Origin: an uncultured Clostridia bacterium
GTDB taxonomy: Bacteria; Bacillota; Clostridia; TANB77; CAG-508
Length of the DNA stretch: 46,475 bases
Assembly (NCBI GenBank): GCA_944390535.1
Contig: CALXQV010000055.1
Location: 1 to 46,475 of the forward strand
Direction of reading: 5' to 3'
Made by a program: the position numbers and the translations under genes. How positions within the stretch are numbered: position 1 is the first letter of the stretch; each line of letters starts with the position of its first letter. Below are positions 38,851 through 46,475 of the stretch, in pieces. The notes under the pieces were generated by a model that did not search any database, was not told where the DNA came from, and saw only the letters and a list, made by a program, of their open reading frames with translations.

Positions 38851-39336
38851 ATGAGAATATTAGGAATTGACCCTGGTTTTGCAATCACAGGATATAGCAT
38901 TATAGATTATATAGGAAACAAATTTCATTTAGAAACATCTGGAGCAATATTAACAGAAGCACACACATCTTTTCCATTAAGATTAGAAAAGATTAATAAA
39001 GATTTAGATGACATTATCAAAACATATCAACCAGAAGCTATGGCAATAGAAGAATTGTTTTTTAACAATAATGCAAAAACAGCAATTAATGTTGCACAGG
39101 CAAGGGGGGTTATTTTAGTAACAGCAAGACAAAATAATCTAAATATATATGAATATACACCTTTACAGGTAAAACAAGCAGTTACAGGATATGGAAGAGC
39201 AGATAAAATTCAAGTACAACGTATGGTGAAAATGATTTTAAATGAAGAAAAATTACCAAAACTAGATGATGTGACAGACAGTATGGCAATGGCTATTTGT
39301 CATGCACATTCATCTAAATTTGCACAGAGATTGTAG
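38851..39336 (+). CDS. ruvC: Holliday junction resolvase
   Basis: MRILGIDPG, AIEELFF, EYTPLQVKQAVTGYGRADK, DD..D..A.AICH. Confidence 0.95.
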   Translation: MRILGIDPGFAITGYSIIDYIGNKFHLETSGAILTEAHTSFPLRLEKINKDLDDIIKTYQPEAMAIEELFFNNNAKTAINVAQARGVILVTARQNNLNIYEYTPLQVKQAVTGYGRADKIQVQRMVKMILNEEKLPKLDDVTDSMAMAICHAHSSKFAQRL

Positions 39337-39346
39337 TGGAGGTCAT

Positions 39347-40372
39347 ATGGTAAAAATCGAAGAACTAGAAAAAGAATTAAACCAAGGGACTTTAAAAAAC
39401 ATCTATATTTTATATGGAGAAGAATGGTACTTGTTAGAAAATTGCTTGAAAAAAATAAAGCATCTATTTGGTGAATGTATTAAAGGAATTAACTATATCC
39501 AAATTGATGATACCAATATTAGTGAAATCATATCTGATATAGAAACACCAGCTTTTGGATACGAAAAAAAACTAATCATTGCTAGAAATACGGGAATACT
39601 AAAAAAAGAAGGAAAACGAAAAAATGCAGAACTTGGTAAAATAAGAGATAGATTGGTAGAATATTTAGAAGAAAATAGTAAGTCAATGGCAGAAAGTGTT
39701 GTTTTGGTATTTGTTGAAGAAGAGATAGACAATAAAACAAATTTATATAAAACCATTGATAAATTAGGTGTAGTTTGTCATTTTGAATATCAAAAACCGA
39801 TACAGATAGAAAAAAGAATAAAAGTCATTTGTCATGGATATAAAGTAAATATATCAGATAGTAATTTACGATATTTTATAGAATGTTGTGGAACAAATAT
39901 GCAAGAACTGATTAATGAAATCAGAAAACTAATTGAATATGCAGGAGAAAATGGAACGATTCAAAAGGAAGATATGGATTGTTTATGTATTAAAAAATTA
40001 GAAAGTGTGATCTTTGATTTAACAGATAGTTTGGGAAGAAAAGAAACGAATAAGGCTTTACAGGTTTTAAGAAATCTATTATATGCTAAAGAACCCATAC
40101 AAAGAATATTAATTACATTATATAATCATTTTAAAAAACTATATCTTACAAAATTGGCTATAAAATATAATAAAGATATCATAACAAGCTTAAATTTAAA
40201 ACCAAACCAGACATTTTTGGTAAATAAATATAAAACACAAGCAAAGTATTTTGAAGAAAAAGACTTAAAAGCCATTTTGCAAAATTTAAGAGATTTAGAT
40301 TATCATTACAAAATTGGACAAATTGATTTACAAATAGGTTTGGAATCTATATTATGCCGATATTGTTCTTAA
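39347..40372 (+). CDS. holA: DNA polymerase III delta subunit
   Basis: IYILYGEE.YL, ETPAFG.EKKLII, NEIRKL, IFDLTD; start after GGAGG. Confidence 0.88.
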   Translation: MVKIEELEKELNQGTLKNIYILYGEEWYLLENCLKKIKHLFGECIKGINYIQIDDTNISEIISDIETPAFGYEKKLIIARNTGILKKEGKRKNAELGKIRDRLVEYLEENSKSMAESVVLVFVEEEIDNKTNLYKTIDKLGVVCHFEYQKPIQIEKRIKVICHGYKVNISDSNLRYFIECCGTNMQELINEIRKLIEYAGENGTIQKEDMDCLCIKKLESVIFDLTDSLGRKETNKALQVLRNLLYAKEPIQRILITLYNHFKKLYLTKLAIKYNKDIITSLNLKPNQTFLVNKYKTQAKYFEEKDLKAILQNLRDLDYHYKIGQIDLQIGLESILCRYCS

Positions 40373-40399
40373 CATATATTAAGACAGAAAAGAGGTAAC

Positions 40400-41506
40400 A
40401 TGATGAATCAATATGAAAGAGAAAATGTAGAGAAAATAAAAAAAGAAATTAGAGAATATGAAGAAAAAAATGGAAAAATGCCTAAAGAAAAACTGGCATA
40501 TTATATTTATAGAAGAATGGGACAAATTTATTCATATAAAGAGGCTTATTATACTTTTTCTAATGAATTGACTAAAGAAGAATATGATACGAGAGTAAAA
40601 TATTATAAAGAAGGTACAACAGAAGAGGGAGAAGCAATTTGTACAGATATGAATAAAGCTTGTGTCGAGTTTATGAAAGAGGAGGGCATAGAAGCAAGCC
40701 TACATTTGGTAGATGAAAATGACCCTTTATCACATGCCAACGCATCTTTTGAAGCAAATGGTAGATATTTCTTTTTTAACTTGACTTCAGATGTTATGAG
40801 AATTCAAACAGGTATGAAAACTAGAAATTTTGGTATCTCTCAAGAGTTTCTTACCAAGAAATTATATGATAGAAATCCTAGAAATAGTCGAATAAAGTTT
40901 CTAAAAAAGATGAATGATCAAAACGATGGAAACCAATTTTCTGAAATTCCAGAAGAAACAATAGTACAATGGGATGAAGAATTTGGTTTTTCATATAAAG
41001 GATTATATATCAATGATGTATTAGATTTAATGAAAAAAGAGGCTTTTAATGAAGGATTTATGATGCAGTTTTTTGGAACTAACAAACCAGATGAACTTGC
41101 ACAACGAAAATTTGAGTTTGTCATGAAGTATGTAGGAATTATGGGAAAATGTGCAAATAAAAAACTAGGAAATGTACAAGCTATGGAATATTACTTAAAA
41201 CTTTCTAAAAAAGTTTTAACAATAGATGAGAGGGTACTATATGTAAAAAAATATGATGGATTTATAGAAGAAAATGGTAAAAGAAAAATTAAAAATATTG
41301 TTGTCATTAAAAAACAAAGGGAAAATATATATTATTTATATCATTCAGAAAAACAAAGATATGAAAGAATTGAAAAAGATGAATTATTGGGAAAGAATAT
41401 TAAGTTTTATATTTCAGACACTGATAAGGAAAATATAGAGGAAGAAATCAAAAGGCTAGAAGGAAGATTTCCAGGCAAACCAACACAAGAAATGGAGCGA
41501 GAATGA
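40400..41506 (+). CDS. Hypothetical protein with a possible transglutaminase/papain-like Cys-His triad
   Basis: AICTDMNKAC...LSHAN.....GRYFFFNLTSD. Confidence 0.45.
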   Translation: MMNQYERENVEKIKKEIREYEEKNGKMPKEKLAYYIYRRMGQIYSYKEAYYTFSNELTKEEYDTRVKYYKEGTTEEGEAICTDMNKACVEFMKEEGIEASLHLVDENDPLSHANASFEANGRYFFFNLTSDVMRIQTGMKTRNFGISQEFLTKKLYDRNPRNSRIKFLKKMNDQNDGNQFSEIPEETIVQWDEEFGFSYKGLYINDVLDLMKKEAFNEGFMMQFFGTNKPDELAQRKFEFVMKYVGIMGKCANKKLGNVQAMEYYLKLSKKVLTIDERVLYVKKYDGFIEENGKRKIKNIVVIKKQRENIYYLYHSEKQRYERIEKDELLGKNIKFYISDTDKENIEEEIKRLEGRFPGKPTQEMERE

Positions 41507-41644
41507 ATAATATTATATAAAATTTTTAAACCCCATGTTTTTAAAAAATAGAAAACTGCATAAATTTATGTATATTATCATGTATAATAAATCCCAATAT
41601 TGCTAAAAATAAGGATAAGATTTTTTAGCAAAGGTGATTTTAAG

Positions 41645-42334
41645 ATGAGATTAAAAAAGAATAAGAGAAAAATATTTGTTATAAGTATAATGGTGGTAAC
41701 AATGTTATCTGTTATTGCATATATATTTCTTAGAAATAATGAAGTAGAGGCATTATCAAAATATGGCTCAAGAGGGAATGAAGTAACACAAATTCAAACT
41801 AAATTAAAACGATGGGGATACTATAATGGAAATATCGATGGAATATATGGTAGTCAAACACAAGAAGCAGTCCGTTATTTTCAAAGAAAAAATGGATTAG
41901 CAGTAGATGGAATTGCAGGCCCTAAAACACTAGCAGCGATGGGAATAACAAGTTCATCATCAGGCACATCATCTTCTAGTAATACAAGTAATGTCAATTT
42001 ATTGGCAAGACTAATTTATGGAGAAGCAAGAGGAGAACCCTATACAGGACAAGTTGCAGTGGGAGCAGTTGTTATGAATCGTGTAAAAAGTAGTTCATTT
42101 CCCAATAGCATTTCAGGGGTAATTTATCAATCAGGTGCCTTTGATGCAGTAAGAGATGGACAAATTAATCTAACACCAGATGCAACAGCTAAAAAAGCGG
42201 CACAAGATGCCATTAATGGTTGGGACCCTAGTTATGGAGCGATTTATTATTTTAATCCTTCAACCGCAACTAATAAATGGATATGGTCAAGACCAATGAC
42301 AGTAACCATTGGAAGGCATAGATTTTGTAAATAA
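41645..42334 (+). CDS. sleB: Spore cortex-lytic enzyme
   Basis: Signal peptide, PG-binding domain (IDGIYG..T.EAV..FQ..NGL.VDGIAG), LLARLIYGEARGEPY.GQVAVGAVVMNR. Confidence 0.93.
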   Translation: MRLKKNKRKIFVISIMVVTMLSVIAYIFLRNNEVEALSKYGSRGNEVTQIQTKLKRWGYYNGNIDGIYGSQTQEAVRYFQRKNGLAVDGIAGPKTLAAMGITSSSSGTSSSSNTSNVNLLARLIYGEARGEPYTGQVAVGAVVMNRVKSSSFPNSISGVIYQSGAFDAVRDGQINLTPDATAKKAAQDAINGWDPSYGAIYYFNPSTATNKWIWSRPMTVTIGRHRFCK

Positions 42335-42355
42335 GAAAAATAAAAATTTCGATAT

Positions 42356-42485
42356 AAAAGAAGGGGACGACAATACTTTTAGGGTATGCCGTCCTTTTCT
42401 GTGTGGTCATGCAACATTTTATAAATGCTTTTTATACTTTTCCATTTGGGGGGGTAACATAGGTATTAAGCCTAAACTTTTTATA
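42356..42485 (-). ncRNA. Candidate ~130-nt small RNA
   Basis: Minus-strand promoter TTGACT-N17-TATACT (42519-42491), strong terminator hairpin at 42359-42400, no ORF with an RBS. Confidence 0.5.
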
Positions 42486-42646
42486 AAGAAAGTATATATG
42501 TAAAATAGGATAAAGTCAATAAAATATAAAAAAGGATTTGAATAGAAATAAACAGTATGTTAGAATGAAGAAAGAAAAAGAAATTAAAAACCAATTATAA
42601 TTCTTTTTCAATTAGGAATATACCTTGAGAAGGGAATGAGATAACT

Positions 42647-44692
42647 ATGATAGATTTAGAGAAAGACGTAAAATATATAAAAGGTGTCGGACCTAATAGA
42701 GTGAAGTTATTAAATAAATTAGGTATATTTACATTAAAAGATTTAATGACATATTACCCAAGAACCTATGAAGATAGAAGTAAGCCAAAACATATTGCAG
42801 AATGTATAGATGGAGAGGAAACATTAATTGAGGCATATGCTAGTGGAAGAATGAGTGATGTGAGACTGAGAGGAAAAACCATGCAGAAACTGATTATTAG
42901 AGACGAAACAGGTGTAGCAACGGCTGTTTGGTTTAATCAAAGCTATTTGAAAAATAAGTTTGAACAAGGAAAGAAATATACCTTTTATGGAAAAATAAAT
43001 AATCATTTTGGGAAAATTACAATAAATTCACCCGTTTTTGATGAAGAAGGAAAAACATCCAACACAGGAAAAATTATACCAATATATCCATTGACTTTTA
43101 GCTTATCTCAAAATACGATTAGGAAGATTATGGAAAATGGGATAAAAGAAGTAGAAGGAAATTTATCAGAAACATTACCAGAATATATATTAGAAGAATA
43201 CAAATTAGAAAGTATTAATAAAGCAACAAAAAATATACATTTTCCGAAAGAATTCAAAGACTTTTATGTGGCGAGAAATCGATTGGCTTTCGAAGAACTA
43301 TTAACCATGCAATTAGCATTATTAAAACTAAAAAATAGCTATATGAATGAAGAAAAAGGAATACAATTTAGTAAAGATGTACATATGTCAGATATTATTC
43401 ACAAATTACCATTTCGTTTAACCAACGCACAAACAAGAGTATTAGAAGAAATTGATCATAATATGGAATCTGATAAACCAATGAATCGATTGTTACAAGG
43501 AGATGTTGGTTCAGGAAAAACCGTTATTGCTATGTGTGCAGCATATAAAGCAGTAAAATGTGGATATCAAGCAGCCATTATGGCACCAACAGCTATACTT
43601 GCAACACAACATTTAGAAAATTTTAAAAACATATTTGATGAATTGGATATCAAATGTGAGTTATTAATTTCAGCTATGACAAAAAAGAAAAAAACAGAAT
43701 TATTAGAAAGATTAAAAAATGGCGAAATTGATATTTTAATTGGAACCCATGCTTTATTACAGGAAAATGTAGAATTTAAAAATTTAGGATTAGTCGTAAC
43801 AGATGAACAACACCGTTTTGGTGTAAAACAGAGAACAACCATTGTTGAAAAAGGGCAAAATCCAGATGTATTGGTCATGACAGCGACACCAATTCCTAGA
43901 ACATTAGCATTAATATTATATGGGGACTTAGATATTTCTATTATTGATGAATTACCACCAAATAGAAAAAAAATTGATACATTTGCAGTAACAAAAGGAA
44001 TGGAAGAGAGAATTCATCATTTTATCAAAGCACAATTAAAAGAAGGTAGGCAAGCATATATTGTATGTCCATTAGTAGAGGAAAATGAAGAACTAGATTT
44101 AAAATCAGTAGAAAAGTTATATGAAAGATGTAAAACAGAAATTTTTCCAGAGTACAGAGTGGAATACATTCATGGAAAAATGAAAGCAAAAGATAAAGAT
44201 GAGATTATGATGAAATTTAAAAATAAAGAAATCGATATATTGATCTCAACGACTGTTATTGAGGTAGGCGTAGATGTACCAAATGCCAATATTATGGTAA
44301 TAGAAGATGCACAAAGGTTTGGACTTGCACAATTGCATCAATTAAGAGGAAGAGTGGGAAGAGGAGAATATAAATCTTATTGTATCTTAAAATATGAAGG
44401 TACAGGCGAAACGGTTAGAAAAAGAATGAAAGTTATGTGTGATACGAATGATGGTTTTGTTATTTCTGAAAAAGATTTGGAGCTAAGAGGTTCTGGTGAC
44501 TTTTTTGGAACAATGCAACATGGACTTCCAGAGTTTAAGATTGCTAATTTATTTGAAGATATGAATATATTAAAAGTGGCTCAGGAAGCTGCCATTACGA
44601 TTATGAATGAAGATCCAAAATTAGAAAAAGAAAAAAATGTAAGACTAAAAAGATTAATTAGAGATAAATTTACAAAGAGAATAGAGATATAA
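42647..44692 (+). CDS. recG: ATP-dependent DNA helicase RecG
   Basis: RLLQGDVGSGKT, DEQHRFG, MTATPIPRTL, QLHQLRGRVGRG. Confidence 0.97.
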   Translation: MIDLEKDVKYIKGVGPNRVKLLNKLGIFTLKDLMTYYPRTYEDRSKPKHIAECIDGEETLIEAYASGRMSDVRLRGKTMQKLIIRDETGVATAVWFNQSYLKNKFEQGKKYTFYGKINNHFGKITINSPVFDEEGKTSNTGKIIPIYPLTFSLSQNTIRKIMENGIKEVEGNLSETLPEYILEEYKLESINKATKNIHFPKEFKDFYVARNRLAFEELLTMQLALLKLKNSYMNEEKGIQFSKDVHMSDIIHKLPFRLTNAQTRVLEEIDHNMESDKPMNRLLQGDVGSGKTVIAMCAAYKAVKCGYQAAIMAPTAILATQHLENFKNIFDELDIKCELLISAMTKKKKTELLERLKNGEIDILIGTHALLQENVEFKNLGLVVTDEQHRFGVKQRTTIVEKGQNPDVLVMTATPIPRTLALILYGDLDISIIDELPPNRKKIDTFAVTKGMEERIHHFIKAQLKEGRQAYIVCPLVEENEELDLKSVEKLYERCKTEIFPEYRVEYIHGKMKAKDKDEIMMKFKNKEIDILISTTVIEVGVDVPNANIMVIEDAQRFGLAQLHQLRGRVGRGEYKSYCILKYEGTGETVRKRMKVMCDTNDGFVISEKDLELRGSGDFFGTMQHGLPEFKIANLFEDMNILKVAQEAAITIMNEDPKLEKEKNVRLKRLIRDKFTKRIEI

Positions 44693-44802
44693 TATTTGAG
44701 AATTTATGTAAATTATGATATAATAAAGTCATGTCTTATGACATGTGTAATATAAAGGGAAAATATTTCCCAGTTTTAATCAAAAGAAAAGGAGGCACAT
44801 GT

Positions 44803-45429
44803 ATGTGTAAAAAGAATCTTATTATGGAAATGAAACAGCGAAGAGGCTATGCAGAAATGCGGTTACTTTTTCGACGAACGAATGTAAACTTCAATTGCGT
44901 GGGTGAGTCGTTGCTTGAAATAGCAGTGATGAGCTATTTGAAAGACCCGACCTTGAATGAGGAAGAGCTGATACAGATTGCAAAAGATAATGCACCTATG
45001 CAAATTCCAATAGGCGTATCGGTATATGGTGCCATTGCAGATTCTTTGCAGAATGTGTACACGCATAAGAGCCAAAAGCTCGAAAAAGAGAACCTTGTTA
45101 TGTTCTATATTTCAAGTATAGCAAATGAAATCAGAATAGATGCTATGCTTGAAACAAAAGAAGCCGAAGAAGGCATAGACGCGACAGTAGAGGAGAGAGA
45201 CCTGATGACTGCTGTATGTAAAAGGCATATGCATAAGCCTGAGGATACCTTTAAAGAGGTCTTAAATCATGTGGCTGGAAAGAATGGCTATGAGGACATT
45301 GATGTAATGATAAGAAAATTGAGAAAATATCTGAAAATCAATACCGAGGTTAACATGACGATAGCGATAACAGAACTCTCTGATTTTGCAGATGTTATCT
45401 TAGAAGAAAAAGATAAGTTAGTTTTTTAA
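44803..45429 (+). CDS. Orphan protein, possibly with tandem degenerate Spo0A C-terminal-like domains
   Basis: RBS AAAAGGAGG before ATG 44803; weak resemblance to Spo0A_C; terminator at 45450-45482. Confidence 0.5.
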   Translation: MCKKNLIMEMKQRRGYAEMRLLFRRTNVNFNCVGESLLEIAVMSYLKDPTLNEEELIQIAKDNAPMQIPIGVSVYGAIADSLQNVYTHKSQKLEKENLVMFYISSIANEIRIDAMLETKEAEEGIDATVEERDLMTAVCKRHMHKPEDTFKEVLNHVAGKNGYEDIDVMIRKLRKYLKINTEVNMTIAITELSDFADVILEEKDKLVF

Positions 45430-45449
45430 ATATTCTTTCTCATTTCCAG

Positions 45450-45482
45450 GAAAGAAGGTGTTGCAAGACACCTTCTTTTCTT
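45450..45482 (+). terminator. Intrinsic terminator
   Basis: AAGAAGGTGT / ACACCTTCTT stem plus T-run. Confidence 0.75.
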
Positions 45483-45678
45483 TTATAGTATATAAAAATT
45501 GCTTCATTCTAAAATACATGTAATACTACAAAAAACAAAATGTAAAAAATGTAAAAACAATATATATTAAAAATAGACTTTGGTAAAAAATAAGTATAAA
45601 CAGATGTAAAATATTGTAAAATAAAAAAATATTGAAGCAGAAAAACTTTAGGAACAATCAAAGCTAAGGAGGAAAAAA

Positions 45679-46023
45679 ATGACAAAAGAAGCAGGATACG
45701 TAGCATTAAAAGAAGAAAGTGAAGCACGGTCTGTTATATCACAGTTAGGCTTGAATAGAGAATTAAGAGGTACACATATTATTCAAGAATTTGTGATAGG
45801 AAAAAGAAAAACAGAAAATTTAAGTAACCTAGAGGTAGAGATGGTTTTAAGTGCATGGGAAACTAGGCACTATGTACCAAGAAAACTGATTATGGCGGGT
45901 GAAAAAGTACAATTAATGGTTGATAATCTGAATTTTTCAGAAGAAAATGAGGAAAATGCCGAAAAATTTAACAGGAATAAGGTAAAACTTATTGAAAGAT
46001 ATGTTAAGACAATTCGTGCTTGA
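45679..46023 (+). CDS. Orphan protein, possibly Spo0A C-terminal-like
   Basis: RBS AAGGAGG; ARSVISQLGLNRELRGTHIIQE; terminator at 46045-46071. Confidence 0.5.
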   Translation: MTKEAGYVALKEESEARSVISQLGLNRELRGTHIIQEFVIGKRKTENLSNLEVEMVLSAWETRHYVPRKLIMAGEKVQLMVDNLNFSEENEENAEKFNRNKVKLIERYVKTIRA

Positions 46024-46132
46024 ACAAGGAATAGGTCATTAAGGTAGGCGTTAAGGTTCTCTTAACGCCTATTGACTTTTTAGAAAAAACATATTAATAT
46101 ATATCTATAAAGTAAAAAGGATGTCGATATAT

Positions 46133-46324
46133 ATGTTTCAATTAATTATAAAATTAATTGGTTTAATAATGGTTTTAGTAGGTGTTATTTTAATATATGA
46201 TGCAAGAATAATTACAAAAAAATTCTTTGGATTTGGAGACCAAAATGAGGGTTCATATGGATTAAAAATGATAGGATTTATATTAGCAATAGTAGGTGGT
46301 TTAATAATTTATTTTTCAATGTAA
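46133..46324 (+). CDS. Small two-TM membrane protein
   Basis: Two hydrophobic helices; AAGGA RBS. Confidence 0.6.
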   Translation: MFQLIIKLIGLIMVLVGVILIYDARIITKKFFGFGDQNEGSYGLKMIGFILAIVGGLIIYFSM

Positions 46325-46390
46325 AATTCATAAAAACTATTGACAATGAAAATAGATTTGTGCTAATATATTTATTGTTAGTTTATATAT

Positions 46391-46474
46391 GCGGATGTGG
46401 CGGAACTGGTAGACGCGCTGGTCTTAGGAACCAGTGCCAACGGCGTGGGGGTTCGAGTCCCTTCATCCGCACCA
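46391..46474 (+). tRNA. tRNA-Leu (anticodon TAG)
   Basis: Acceptor GCGGATG/CATCCGC, anticodon arm CTGGT-CTTAGGA-ACCAG, long variable arm, GTTCGAGTCC, encoded CCA. Confidence 0.97.
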
Positions 46475-46475
46475 A

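Noticed and set aside
42309-42503. 64-aa plus-strand ORF after sleB
   Set aside because: TTG start inside sleB, no RBS, and it runs through a terminator hairpin; better explained by the minus-strand sRNA candidate.
1462-45727. Numerous 60-140 aa ORFs antisense to long genes
   Set aside because: Shadow ORFs of A-rich coding strands with no RBS or recognisable motifs.
1-46475. Local recombinase, reverse transcriptase, Avd or AAC-rich template repeat
   Set aside because: No ORF shows recognisable tyrosine/serine recombinase or RT (YxDD) features and no near-duplicate of either variable region was seen. RuvC and RecG here look like ordinary housekeeping genes.
1-46475. CRISPR array
   Set aside because: No regularly spaced direct repeats and no cas genes.
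46391-46475. tRNA-Leu as an integration (att) site
   Set aside because: No duplicate of the tRNA 3' end and no integrase seen in the window; the downstream sequence is unavailable.

Overview
Very AT-rich chromosomal window from a spore-forming Clostridia-type (Bacillota) bacterium; the taxon is inferred from sleB, sigmaA-type promoters and gene content. Housekeeping genes (two long-chain acyl-CoA ligases, nadD, nadE, csaA, trmB, pyrG, murB, a yvcK-like gene, a glycogen debranching enzyme, ruvC, holA, sleB, recG, tRNA-Leu) are interspersed with accessory modules: a type III TA toxin, a BceRS/BceAB-like module, a MarR-radical SAM-DUF1848 operon and several self-contained orphan genes. The most striking signal involves two pilin-like genes 17.5 kb apart (9368 and 26948). 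Each is preceded by a homologous ~190-200 bp cassette bounded by inverted repeats with a shared ACTCTA(A/G)GAA core. Each cassette holds a TTGACT-N17-TAAAAT promoter pointing away from the gene, i.e. a candidate invertible promoter in the OFF state. Both genes end in lectin-like tips resembling diversity-generating retroelement (DGR) variable regions. No recombinase, reverse transcriptase or template repeat was seen in the window. This suggests a dispersed, trans-controlled pilin phase- and antigenic-variation system, which is an inference.
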